A model generated the notes under the pieces. That model had not been told where the DNA came from, searched no databases, and saw nothing but the letters and a program-made list of their open reading frames with translations. This document shows, piece after piece, positions 23,040-36,957 of a stretch of DNA of 64,000 bases (the stretch's first letter is position 1; each line of letters begins with the position of its first letter). Source of the stretch: Cirrosporium novae-zelandiae (taxonomy: Eukaryota); assembly GCA_026023565.1 (NCBI GenBank), contig JAPETS010000008.1, positions 434,001 through 498,000 on the forward strand. The letters are read 5' to 3'. A program made the position numbers and the translations under genes.

Positions 23040-26000
23040 ATCGAGATTTCGCTTACTTCAAAGCCTAGCCTCGATATAGCAGGCCTATACGATCACCCTT
23101 TCAAATTCTAATGGTTATAATGTGAAAAGATGCAGATTTTCTTCGCAAACCTGATCAGGTTTACTAGGTCAGGCTTGCTCTGAAATCCTGGTCATCAAGT
23201 TGTACCAAAAATTTGCATCTCTAGGATACTGTTCCTGAGCCTCTCATCCTTCGGTTGAATGGATGCTGCCTACTTCCCAAAGCTGAAAGGTACCACACAA
23301 TCATCAGACTCGTGTAAAGAGTCAAGAGTCAAGGGAGCTCAAGTTTCACAGCAGGTACCGAGATTAACATTAACTAACAGTCATCTTTGATTCTTTGACA
23401 TCCAAGAGAGGTCGGGATCAGCTCAAGGGATCTACGCCGATAATCTGATTGGACAAACCTGATGCGCTGTCGGAGGTTGTCTACAGGGGTTTCTTTTTTC
23501 TAGTGAGTATTTTTTGTAGAGACGGTGCCTGTCAAAAAGAAGATGTCAGCTTGAAACCTCAGGTATAATAATAATATAACCAAGTATCATGAAAGATTGG
23601 AGGGAGTTTAGGGAAGCAAGTAAAGAAGAAAAAAGGGTTATTTAGAAAATAGACTTGCGGTAGGCTGAGTCCAAGGATAACCTAATCTTTGGGTAATTGA
23701 CTCTCTAGGAAATTCCCTGTATTGGAATGTCCGTAAGACCGTGGGAGTTTGGATGTTTGAAGGTTGAAGGCTGGTGAACCGGCCGGCACTGGCAAGACTA
23801 AGCTAGCATTGGGTGTTGGGTGGCATAGGCTGGCATCGCTTGGCATCGCTTGGCAAAGTTGGCAGCCTCTAGCAGCTCGGGGTGGGCGACGCTAATTGAA
23901 TTTAGTCCAGTTTTAGCGTCAGAGTTAGAAAAGCAAGATTTGGGGAATCCCTAACAAAGAAGGTACCTAAAGTACTTAGGTAGATAGATACCTTAGGTAG
24001 GTAGAGGTAGAACATATATACACCCACACGTGTACACACACACATATATATACACACATAACTATACGCATACACACCTACACCCACACCCACACCCACA
24101 CCTACAAGCACGCACATATACATAACCTTGAGAAATCTCTCCAATTCAGCCAACGATGGCGTTAAATTGACTTTCAAGCACTGTCCATGTGGTAGGGGTG
24201 TAGCATGATCAACCACCAGATGCGTCTCGCCAGTAAGAAAAAAGTACTCAGATGATCAGCCCCAAATCCTTCTTTGTATCGCTAATGTTATCAAATCATC
24301 AAATCAATCAATCGTGATTAGTTATTTATTGTTAATTCATCATTTTATGGTACGATGATTGCACCATGTATTCAATACATACAGGGAAGGGGGATTTACC
24401 CCAACAAATCTCTTGATCGTATCGCATCTGCTGGTAAACTGCTGGGTTCCGACAAGTGCATCTTTGCATCTTTTGGGGCTGAACATGGGGCCCGAGGGCA
24501 ACGGTACGAGCCTTTCCAACTGCTTCTCTCGTTGGCGCCCGGAGATTCCGAACTGTTCAAACCCGGAACCATTGCTTGTGCTTGAGTTAGTTTGGGTCTC
24601 CCTCGCTTGATGACGACAATTCATCTGATTTTTTTTTGTTTATTTATTTTATGATATTATTATTATGATATTGTTTTAGATAAGAGGCAAAACAAATGAT
24701 CATCCATGAACTACTGAGTCTTGCAGAAAGAGAAAGCTGGAACCCAAGGTGCATGATGGACCCGTAAGGTTTCCCTATGCAGCATTAGAATCTTAAGAGC
24801 AAGGTTTGGATCGAGTCTCAGGGATGAGAGAAAGAAAGAGAGAGTAGTAAGAATCTGGTTAAGGGAAAAAAGCAAGATGAGGTAGTTAAAAATGTCTGTT
24901 TCAGTGACAAAACGGAAGTTGCCATTCTGCCAAACAGTCGGAAAGTTAGAGATGATGAGATGATGAAAGTATGAATGAATTTACTTTGCTCATGGATAAT
25001 TCAAGACTTCCGTAGTTAGAGATGTAAAAAAGCTACAGTGTTAGCGGAGGCGTAAAAACAAGCAATGCCGTTGTTGAGGCTTGGAGTGCCTTAAAATTCT
25101 GGGAACGTCAGGGACCTCCTGCCACTCGATGAGGATCCTTGGAGTTTTGCAGCTCATGGCTCAAAGCTCATGGCTCACGGCTCATGGCTTCACGGCTCAT
25201 GGCTGCTGGCTGGCTCCAACGTTCCCGTAGACTTGGTTTGAAACAAAAATGTTCCGGTGATGAGGTCTTGGTTGAGAGGATCGGCACGCCTCATTGACAG
25301 GGAGAATTGAGATATTGAGATATTCATTAACTTGCCCTAACTATAACCATGCCTTATCGGCCTTGGGTATTATTATTTTTTTCTTAATAAAGCAATGACC
25401 CTTTTTCAAGTCTTCACTCCTTGGATGATCAACTAATAACATACTGGGGATAACTATTAAACAACCACAGCACCAGAACGCCATGGGCCCGCCACTATGA
25501 ACCCCTTAAACCAGAACTATAGAAAAAAAAACCCAAAACCCTGGATCAGTCGCACAAGTTTTATTTTATTTTTTATTTTTACCAGGGGTCATCTCGCAAA
25601 AAGTCACAAGAACCGTTTCATAATATTTGTTGAACTAGATGTTTTGTAATAACAGTTCGCATGCTTAAGCGAGTCGAGATGCATTTTCGTACAGTTTGAG
25701 AAAATTAAGTGATGGCAGAGATATTGTTATATCCCTTAATTGGAAACAGCGCAATGCCCAAAGAAGAAGCTCAAAACAAAGGAAAGAAAAGAAAAAAAAG
25801 GAAAGTTCCTAGATCTCAGTCGCCAAGATGGTCCTGGACAGGATCCAATCAGATGACATGACAAGCGAGTCCAACTCTAATCAAATGTTAGTCTGTACTT
25901 TTAGTTACTCATAACTAGCATCCCATTCATCGATGATGGATCAGTTTATAATTAAATCTGCCTAGTTAATAACAAATTCTGCTTGAATCGCCCAATGTTC

Positions 26001-28424
26001 CAGTTATTATCATTCAATTCATTTTCAGCTTTAAACAAGAACCTAAAAAGTAATAGATACTTGGAGCAACAATTCTGATTTCCCAGCCAGCTCTCCCTTT
26101 TTTTTGTCGCAACTTTTGCCTCTGCTGTGACCTTCCAGATCCAGCCTTGTCATTCTTTTTATTTACACACTCTGTCTTTTCTGTTGTGCTTGGATAAATA
26201 AAAAAAATATCTTGAAATTTTGACCTCTCTATCCCCAAGAGGATCAAGTAAAAAAAACTATCTTCCAGTCTATTGTTTCCCACACATCCCACCCATGAAT
26301 TTACCTCAGGACGGAAGGACCCCTGATCGCTAGAAGCCAAGAATTTGCGTGTTAACCTTCATCTGATGTCCGAGCATCACCTCCCCCTCCGCGCCAGCCA
26401 GTTCTTACTTGTAATAGGCTTTTTCAAAAAAGCTCCAGATTTTTTGTGTCCTGTTGGTTATTGCATATCAAAGGCTGACTGTACTTGACAAGTTAACAGT
26501 TTGCTGATATCAATATTTAGATATTCTATCCAAGCACAAAACACACCAATGTCATCGTCATCATCATCATCATCATCTCTACTTAACCAAGCTTTTAATA
26601 GCTCTTACATTTGCCTTCTTTTCTATATTGATTTTTGACTATGTGCCTGTGGTGGTGCCTCTTCTTATCTCTCACTATTGGAATTGCAGGAACCCTGTTT
26701 CCAACAACAGCAACAAATATTCCGAATCCTTGACCATCCAACAAACTATTAGTTACAGAGTTCAAGTCAAGTCAGCTCTCATTAGATGATTTTCTTCTTT
26801 CCCTTTTCGATTTATCCAGTTCCAACATCCAATCAATCCAACCTCAAAAAACATTTCCCAATCCCCAGTCTGACCATCTTTCCATTCAACCGATCCAAAA
26901 AATCTCCCTCCCTCTTTCTCAGCTCCCCTTCTTCTTTTCTATTCATCCCAACCCCCTTCACACACAAACTCATAAGCTACCGAAATAACATCATAACTTC
27001 AGGAAACTCAATTAACCATAAAAAAATAACTTTCGGACTAAAACTAAGCCCTCCCGCACCGCGCTGGGGGCTTAGCAATACCTTATTTCCAATGTATAAA
27101 GTACTGTGCGCCAGCCGACCAAGGCCGTTCCATCGCACATTACATACCTCACATATACATATACATAAATCACATACACACGATACCCACAACACAACAT
27201 AACACATCTAATAAGTATGCACAGTACATGTACCATAGTAGTAAAATGAAAAAAAAAATAGTTTAGTTGGACTGGACATAACTAGTTTGCAGTTGTGTGT
27301 GCCTATTTCTTGTACTATAATACTAGTCTAGTAAGATATCTCAAACACCAGCTTGGCCTACATACATACATACATACATACATGGTTACCTAGTTACATA
27401 ATACTCTTGTTTCATTTTTACCCACTTGTGGCTTTTGGGATTCTAGGCCCTCTGCTTCTGATGACTCTTCTCTCAGCTTTTTGGAGTAGTAGTGGAAGAT
27501 GATTAACGGCATATGGACGCACATACACACACACAAACGCACATAGCATTTCTTCATCACAGCTTCACAGCATCATAGCTTCACAACTTCACAACTTGAC
27601 AATTTCTCTACCTCTCTCTCTGCCCTTAACACACCCCAACCCAATCTATATATCCAAATCTAACTACTGTAGCGCCAAAATAACCAACCAACCAACTAAA
27701 CCAAAGTAAAACCCCCCAACGTCCATCACATTCATCATCTTCATCTTCATCTTTATTCCCCCTTCTACCACCCGACCAACCCTATATTTTCAATAACTAC
27801 GTAACCCATAACCATATAACCTAAGTAAGATATCCTAAACGGCTAGCTAAATTAACTAGGCTAGGGCTAGGTTAATTTGATTATGAAAAGTTATTTTTTT
27901 TTATGTACATGTACTTTAAAAAGAAGAAGAAGAAGAAGAATGGGGGTTTTTATTGGGGTTGGGGTTAGGTGGGGGTATATGGGAATGATGTGATGTGATT
28001 GATTGATTGATTTATGGGGTTGTTTTGGGGGTTTGGGGTTTGGGGAAGCTGTGGTTGTTATGGTTGTAGGTGAGTAGGGCTACAGTAGGATGTAACTAAA
28101 ATCCGTATATATTTCTTCCTCAATAAAATATTCCCAACCTTTAATTTTTATTTTATTTTGTATATCCCTAAATTTCCATCTCCATAAAACCCTCTCTCCA
28201 TCTCATCTCATCTCATCTAAACTCATAAAAACTAACCCCCCCCCTTAGAAATATTAAATATTAAATAGAACTTTATCTTTATTTCTATATATTTTTTGTG
28301 TTTTTTTTGTTTCTTATGGTGTTGCTTTTGGATGATGAGGCTGAAGGGCTGAGGGCTGAAGGCTTATATAATACGTACATGTACTGTACGTACGTAGGAT
28401 AATCTTACATATAGTACAGTATAA

Positions 28425-28576
28425 GAGGTGGAGGTGGAGGTGGAAGTGGAAGTGGAAGTGGAAGCTGGGGGTAGACTCAACCATCACCTTGGGTATACTC
28501 TACTTACAGTATACCTACCACATACTTTTCATAAGCCCTCCACCTCAACTTCTACTTCTACCTCCACCTCCACCTT
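28425..28576. repeat. Inverted hexamer-repeat arms: (GARGTG)n ... (CTYYAC)n
   Basis: 28425-28464 is complementary to 28538-28576, with most mismatches being G-T. Confidence 0.75.
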
Positions 28577-31143
28577 CGTATGTCATATGAATCGTATGAT
28601 TACCTACCTACATAGGTGAGGTATCTAAGGTTATGATTTTGTGGGGGATGGGGAAATGTGTAAAGGGTTTTAGATGAAGGGGAGAGGTTTATTGTTGTTG
28701 TTAGTAGATAGTTGACTTCAATTAGGTGACTGTTTTTACGTTAACTTTCCCCTTGATACCTAGGCACCCAGTTATCGGATGATTGACATGTTTACTGTAT
28801 CTCCCCCGAGTTCGGCTGAGCCCGAGAGATCTGTTTCCTCTACTTGTGCTCTTGGAAGTCTATATCTGAAGTCTATACCTTGAAGCCTAGGATGACAGTG
28901 TAAGCTTCCTTTCTTCAGCTTTCTCTCTCTTGCTCATTCTCACTCTCTCTTAGGTGGTTGGGTTTACCCTGGGGGCAGGGAATCGCGGGGTCGTAATACG
29001 TATGTAGGATTTCAACGTGCCATCTATTGAAGAAGAAGGGATTGCTAGGAGAGTGGAATCCAAGTATGTCCGGTTTGATGGCATTTAGAATACAGTTGGA
29101 GATGCTCGCTTGTTCGCCTGTGTTGACTTTTTTGCCTCCCTGGATACGTCATCTAATCTCTTTACCAGGGGTGTCTTGGAGATCTGGATGAGAATGTGGC
29201 GGATCAATCGATAGGATCGGAGATTGGTTCTAATGCTGATACTGATATCAAAAAGAAAGAATGGAGGCCTGAAGATACCCACCAATGAAGCTCAAGTCGA
29301 ATTTATTATTCCTGTGCGATGTGATGCGGTGTGTGACTCCTAGTGGGAATAAGATAAGGACCGTTCGTTTCTTTTCTATTGCGGCTGAGTGTGATGGGCG
29401 CCAACGTCTGTGCTAGTAACTGTGGCGGAAATGTCCTAGTTCGTTATTTCGAAGGCGTTGGTTCTGGCTGGGAGGTAAATTGGCTACACAATGCCGGCAT
29501 TGAGGATCTAGGTATGAATGTGCGTCCTAACGGGGGTTGGAGAGTGTTGCTTTGTTCTGAGTAGAAGGCTAGGGGGTTAGGCTGGTCTGGTCGTGGTGGT
29601 CGTGATACTGTAGCATTGTTATTCTATGGCTGAAACGGTCACTCGCTCAGGGGCTCGATGAAAGGAGATTTCATGCAATGCAAGGACAGAGTCCAACGGC
29701 TATGATTGTGGTGTTTGAATTTTCGATTGTGTAGTATAGTTCGGCTGCATGAACCGAGAACGCCTGATCCGCTTTTCACGACAGATTAGTCTTGTCCAGA
29801 TATTGCTCAAATTCCCGATGCCAAAACCGGTAGCCGGAAGTCTAAGCCAACGGATTGGGGAGTCATCCCATCCCGTCTTCAAGGAACCAGTGTTCGCAGT
29901 AAGCCAATCCAAGCACCGGCTTCTAGTCGCATGGCATCGCATATGCAAATTAAGTGATTGCATGGCAGGGCAGGTTCACGAGATTTTTTAGTGCAAAATG
30001 CGTGAGGGTTTGGTTCACCATAATACCCTATCTGTGCATTGGATTGGGGATTCTTTCAAAAAGATCGACGTGATTTGCTTTGAATAGCTTTCTTTTGGTA
30101 AACAATAAAGGACATGTCACATTTTTTGATCGATATATGGTTGCACTTAGAATATCGGGGAAGACCCTCGCTCAAGCAACAATCCAATGTCATCTGATTC
30201 CCGCCACCAGTTTTACCAGGTATACAGTGACCACAATAGGTAGAAACGTACATCGTGGTGTAATCATAATCAAGGGTTTGTAGAAGGCTAGCTTCATTCC
30301 CAGGAAAACGAGCGGGTGCAGGGACAACGGCCGCACTCGCTCCAACGAGGGATACGACGTTCGCCTTCGAGGATCTGGAGACATGCTTCCTAGTGTGGCC
30401 GTCAGCTGTAGGAGCTATGACCAAAAGTTGGACGTTGCTAGGTGATACCGGGACAGGTCTGCAATTGAACGTATGTACGACTCGATGGCCAAAGAAATAA
30501 ACCGTCATCCCAATTTTTTTTTCAAGGAAGTTGTCAATTAACAAGGATATGGTTCTCACAGTAGCAAGATCTACATCGCAAAAAAGGAAACATCTTATTC
30601 CATATCTCGAGGATCTGATCAAAGTGTTGCTAACGTGCGTATTAATCATCCCTCCACGCGTTTCACGAACAACACTAAACTGTATGAGAATAACAAAACA
30701 TGCATTCAGAAAGATTTTTTAGTTTGATCGTTTTGTAAATCTTTCATGGTTGACGTATGTCTCGAGGTTGGGGGTTAATGAGTGCAGGTTGTAGACATGG
30801 AGGTCATTCTTGTCCAAAAGCACCGACGCATAGTTCGGCTAAGTCAGCAAGATTAGTATACTTTCTTTTTCAATTTGGCAGGCCCTTCGGCTGGAAGACC
30901 GATGAAAGCATTGTCTTATCAAGTTCAGCGCTCTGCTCCATGAGCGCGGAGAACAGCGCCGACAGAAGCTATCGTTAAGTGGGTGTGAGGGGATGGATAA
31001 GAAGAGTACGACGAACAGTCGGAACAATGACTTCCAAAGTATGTGAATTAACCCATAGTGCTGAAGGATTTCAAATACCTCCTGCGTGTAGCTATCTTTT
31101 ATTTCATTAACAAAAGGAATTCGTTCTGAGCCATAGGCGAAAG

Positions 31144-32563
31144 ATGCCGGGACGCATTCAGTGGCCAGAGTGGCCGGAATTTCACGCTCCCGAGGGCATT
31201 CAAAAGGACGCCGAAGAATTACGCAGCTATAAGAAGAAGATTATCGACGAATATGGTGAAGAATCTCTTCGAAAGGGCTGGTTAAAAACTTGTGAAAATT
31301 TGAAACAAGTTACAGATTCAATTGCAGAAAAGGGAACTTTGGCGATCCCAAAAATCGAGTTTGACGAATTAAAGAAATTGAGCGATGCAAGAAGGGAGCA
31401 ACTTAAGGATGCTGGGTGCTTCGTGATTCGCAATGTGATTGAGAGAGATCTAGTCAATAAACTGTTCTCCGATCTCAAAAATTATGTGGACGCAAATGGA
31501 GACAAGATTGGAGGTAAGTAGTCTATCAATGAGATTCGAATTACTCAGGCACTTCTTTACTAACCAGCGTTGCTCCAGGCTGGCCCGAAGAGACCAAAGC
31601 AGTTAAACGCCTCTACTGGTCTCCGACACAACAGGCACTCCGAGCACATCCTAATCAACTTTTTGTACAAAGGACCTTAAACTCCTGGTGGAAAACCACC
31701 TCTCCAGACGTCTCTCCCGAACCTCTTAGCTATGCTGACGGGGTACGGATCCGCCCTCCTGGGGTCCCTTTCTTTACTCTTGGGCCCCATATCGATGCTG
31801 GCAGTCTGTCCCGGTGGGCTGACGAGAAGTATCACAAAGTCTATGACTCAATTTTCAAGGGTGAACCAGATAAGCATAATCCTTATGATCTGGACGTGAG
31901 AAAGGATACCATCCAGGACCTATTCGAGGGGAATGCCCATTCGAGTGTCTTCCGTGCTTTTCAAGGATGGACGGCCCTCACCAAAGCAGGCGCAAGGGAA
32001 GGGTCCATTCTACTATACCCTGATGTGAAGACAGTTATAGCATACCTTATCCTGCGACCCTTCTTTAAGCCTCCGACGGATACAGTCGATGAGATGGACG
32101 CATCAAAGTGGACTTTGGACACTGAAAGTTCTTGGTTCCCAGGCACCACCAAGCCAGACTCCCAAAGACTTAGTTCGAGCTCGCATCCGCATTTGAGACT
32201 TAAAGAATGCCTAGTTAATATTCCTACCATGTATCCCGGTGACACAGTATTTTGGCATTGTGATGTATGACCCCTTTAAAGCATGATACCTATCACGAAC
32301 TTTGGCTAATAGACTTGCAGATGTGTCATGCAGTAGAGGTTGAACACTCTGGAGATTCGGATTCTAGCGTAGCTTACATCGCTGCAACACCAACTACTCC
32401 AGCCAATATCCGATATATCAAGGGCCAGTTGAAGAGTTTTTTGGCAGGAATGCCGCTTGAGGACTACCCAGCAGGAAGCGATGAGACGAAGCTTGTAGGT
32501 TATTTAGGAGAAAAAGGAATTCCGAGCGAAGCCGGCAGAAAAGCAATGGGTTTTGAGCTTTGA
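31144..32563 (+). CDS. DUF1479 / Gig2-YbiU-like 2-His-1-carboxylate oxygenase-fold protein; introns 31514-31578 and 32265-32320
   Basis: LYWSPTQ, YADGVRIRPPG, LGPHIDAGSLSRW, FRAFQGWTAL, PGDTVFWHCD|MCHAVE motifs. Confidence 0.88.
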
Positions 32564-34316
32564 AGGATGATATCAATGAGATTAACGCGGGATATGTTAA
32601 TCCACTTTTGAAGTGAGCGTTCATTTGCGCCCCATATAATGTCGGCCTATGACCTCTTAATCGAATGGCATCCGTTTCATCGAGAATCGTTTCTAGCTCT
32701 TTTAATTTATATTATGCTGCCAATTAGGGCTAGTTATTTTCAACATGAATCATATTCTTGCCTGTATTAGTCCCCCAATTCCTCTGGCTTCTTCTCAATC
32801 TGGAGAGATTGAGAAGGCATAGTACTTCACATCTCTAGTATTCCCACACGTTTCATCGAGCTCAACATGTAGGCGTCAACCCAATAGTTGGTATGGAGAA
32901 GCTAACATAAAGGATAGAATATAAGCGGACGGTGGTTGAACATGTTATTAATCCTATTCAGGGGTAATTGTAATTATGGCCCCGTTTATATAAATAGGAG
33001 ACATCCATCTAGTGAGAATTGACCTTCAAATCCCTTTACCGTCCAATCGTTATATCTTATATAGTACTTGGTTACATATTGGAGGTGCTTTCAAGCAACA
33101 TGAACCTAAGACTGTTATCGCTATGAGAAGAATCGCAGATCCAATTGCTAAGAAGTCAAATACTGTACTAATGATGCTTTATTACACAGGATAGAAGAGT
33201 GGAATGATACCTAACCCACTTCCAGGATTTCTCCAAGTAGATGAATTCAAAGTGATTGGATAAGAGTTGCGTTTCCCATAGATTTTTTTCACCAATTGAA
33301 AGGATAAAATCAAAACTACAGAGGGGCAACATCATCATACAAGGTTCTTGATGCAAGGAGCCAAACGAAGTTGTCAAGCTGTGTCGCAAGTCGGCGTGTC
33401 CGAAAGGCCTGCTCCCGTTATAGTAAAGGGTTTCTGAGTTGAGGAACAGATGATGTACTGTGATTAATATCCTGGCCGAAATGTAGTTGTCGGAGTATGA
33501 TCTAGAATTGGAAGGTGTAAATTCTAAAAATTCGAATATTTTACTTTCGAAAGTATTATCAGGTTTGATTCGATACTGTGATGCGATAAAAGTCGTTGAT
33601 CATCACCCCGCATTTTGATTTTCAAGCTTAAGCTGCCACCAACTAAAAGACACCGAGGTATCCACAGTTACCGAAGCTACGAAGAGTAAATTATAACATC
33701 TTCACTTGTCTATTATACAATCCATTCTCAACACTTGCTCTAGCTTCTCATAGATCTGCCATAGACCGGTCATCCAATGCGACTAACAGTTATGTTCGGC
33801 CTTACTGGCTGTTTTGCATTTAGCAAACATTCTCGTGCTCGTGGAACAATCAAGGAACCAGATGTAGACAAGGCTTAATTCAACTATTAATTAATAGCTA
33901 GAAGAAAAGTAGCACAGCTGTTGAGACCCGAGACTCGAGGTACAAGACATAAGGCTTGCACGGTATTTCAAATTTTCATTGTTTATCCTTTCCCTCCACT
34001 TCCCTGCGTGAACTAGAACTCAACTATTCACCCCTGCAGCCTTAGGATTCTTTTTCATCTTATTCTCCAATCCCGAGGTTGTTGATTCGATATATTATAT
34101 CCCTCCACCAAAACTTCTTGCCATTCACTTTTACCTACTGGTGGGGTGCTGACTATCCTTGCCCTTGTCATACTTCACTCACTTTCAGCACCTTCGGATT
34201 CAATTCTCAGTTCCTATATCTCCCAACGCTTCTTGATTCCCTTCGCCTTCTGCCTGTAACCATAAACACCATTCAACTTCACATTATCTCAGTCCCCAAC
34301 CACCCGAATTGTTACC

Positions 34317-36467
34317 ATGAATTCGAATTCAGATAAATCCCTCCCTAATTCTGGAGAGGAGAAACAGGACATCGCGGATGAACAGGTCGAGCAAGTTCAG
34401 ACCAATGAGAGAATCCCAGGACATGAAAATTATTACGAAAAAGATGGGTTACGTACATATGGAGACGATGAGGACCACGACCATGAGCCCAAGGTAAGTG
34501 TTAGTTTTAAGATTGCTCAAAAGGAAAATACTAACAGTTGCAATAATAGATGACATTTCATCGAATAATGAGCCTAGTTGCCATGGCATTCCTTTGGACT
34601 GGATCTCAAATCCCTGTCTACCTATTTGGCGGTATCCCCCCTTATATTTATCGTGACATCGGTGGTGCAGACCGCTGGATTTGGTTTGTCCTTGCCAATC
34701 TCTTGTCACTTGCAGCAGTCTGCCCTTTCGTTGGGTCGCTCTCTGATCTGATGGGAAGAAGATATGTTGCACTCCTGGGAGCCGCCTTTATAATCCTTGG
34801 GATGATAGTTGGTTCGACTGCTAACACGATGAACATTTTTATATGTGGTATGTCTCTAGCTGGGATTGGGGCCGGTATCAACGAACTTACCGCCCTGGCT
34901 GCCACATCTGAACTTGCTCCCACTAGAAAGAGAGGAAAGTATGTGGCTGTATTAATTTTCACCATCCTTCCTTTCTGTCCTTCTGTTCTCTGGGCCCAGT
35001 TGATCGCGTCAAACTCCACTTGGAGGCACTGTGGTACACTTTGTGGTGTATGGGCCGCGGTAGGATTTTTTATGACCTTGTTCTTTTATTTTCCACCAGT
35101 AAGATCCCTAAGACGCTTGTTGGTTGTGTATAGATGACTAATTTTCAAATAGCCCCGAGTCAACTCTCAAGGATTGACCCGTATGGAGGTTATCAAACAG
35201 ATTGATTTTGTGGGAGGTTTCCTTTCAATCTCAGGAATGATCGTTTTCCTAGCAGGCCTTCAATGGGGAGGGTACATGGTCAGCCTACATCATAATTTCC
35301 AGAATTGAGTTATTAATTAACAATACGTAGTACGATTGGAAATCGGCCCATGTTCTCGCACCTCTACTGATCGGTGCTACCTTGATCATCGCATTCATAG
35401 TTTGGGAGGTATATTTCGCTCTATACCCAATGTTCCCCCGTCGTCTAGACCAGGCTCCAAGAATCTTGACTATGACCCTTATAATCACTTTCATCTCAGG
35501 CGCCAACTTCTTCTCTATTCTGATGTTCTGGCCAACTCAAGCATACAATGTTTATGGACACAACCCTGTAGGGGTCGGAATTCGAGGAATCCCTATTGGT
35601 TTTTCGATTTTAGCAGGTGCTGTCATTGTTCTATGGCTGCTCTCTGCTCTCCGCGGAAAGAATAAGGAGTTGTTGATAGCCAGCAGCGTTTTGATGACGG
35701 CAGGTAAATGCACCGACATAATCCTAAGCAATTCCTTTCGAAAGTGCTATTTTAGCCCTTTTACCCTTAACTACCTAATACAGATCTCCCGTCTAGAAGG
35801 CTACATAATAACGGCCTAGAATTATAGCACCTTTATATGACATGGAACTTCAATTGTTAATGCATATATATTTTAGGTACCGGATCCTTAGCCGTCGCTA
35901 ATGCCGATAATCTGAATACGCTCTGGGGTCTGCTCATTCTCGCTGGCCTAGGAATTGGCGGGATTGTCGTCCCTGCTTCCATAATGACAACGATCATCTG
36001 TCCTGACGTAAGTCAATCCACCCAACTGCACATCCCTAACTAACCACCAATAGGACCTAATTGCCACCGTGGCAGCCATAACCCTAAGTATTCGTGTCAT
36101 CGGAGGTGGAATTGGCTACACGGTCTACTACAACATCTTCATCAAGAAATTCACTACTGCAAGCATCCACTACATTGGCGGAGCCATGATGCTAGACCTT
36201 GGTATCACAAACACAACCTACATTACCGACGCCATCAAGCTGACAGGAGCCGCCCTCCTCGAAGATCTCGCACTCATCCCTGGCATCGGAGATAATGTCA
36301 CTGCGCAGGAAATCGTCATTAGAGCTGGGCAGGTTGCCTTTGCTGAGAGCTATCGTTATGTGTATTTTGCTAGTTTAGCTTTTGGCGCAGTAGCCATTAT
36401 CGCAGCTTGCTTTTTAGGGGATATTAGCGAGTACATGGACGATCATGTCGCTGTTGTTATGCACTGA
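34317..36467 (+). CDS. MFS efflux transporter, fungal TRI12-like (DHA2/14-TM), multi-exon
   Basis: MAFLWTGSQIPVYLFG, GSLSDLMGRR (motif A), GAGINELTALAATSELAPTRKRG, many TM segments, GT-AG introns. Confidence 0.9.
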
Positions 36468-36957
36468 AGCCGTATGCTTGCTTGTGTGCGCATACATACT
36501 TACGTAGTTAGTGTAATGAGTGGAGAGAAGGAGAGTTCATGATAGCAGGCGAAACAGGACATCGATTCATTAGGTGAGTTTACCTAGTTAACCTAATTAG
36601 ATCAACAAAGAGTAGAAAAGATTTTTCTTGAATCTTTTTTTTAATCTTCCTTTTTTGTTTAATTTTTTTTCTATAATAAATTACTAGCTATCCATCTTGG
36701 CCCGTTTCATTTCCTCAAATGTTTATTCCTATGAAATTTTGTAAAGCAGATGCTGTATTGTATTGTATAGTATTTTTGGTATTCATTCTATCATAACTTA
36801 TAAGGGTATAATATACATGCACTGTAGTGCAGTGCAGTAGTATAACAATATCTAACTTTATACATCTTAATTCCGATTTCTTTTTCCATCCATCCACCCA
36901 GAAGAACCTCCTCCCCCACACCCCACGCCCCACGTCCTACCCACCCTACCCACTACA

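Noticed and set aside
29700..30722. 197-aa ORF 30056-30649 and neighbouring short ORFs
   Set aside because: Non-ATG start, no domain signature and no coherent splice model.
31144..36467. Secondary-metabolite cluster (oxygenase plus TRI12-like pump)
   Set aside because: No backbone enzyme (PKS, NRPS, terpene synthase) anywhere in the window, and the flanking genes are housekeeping.
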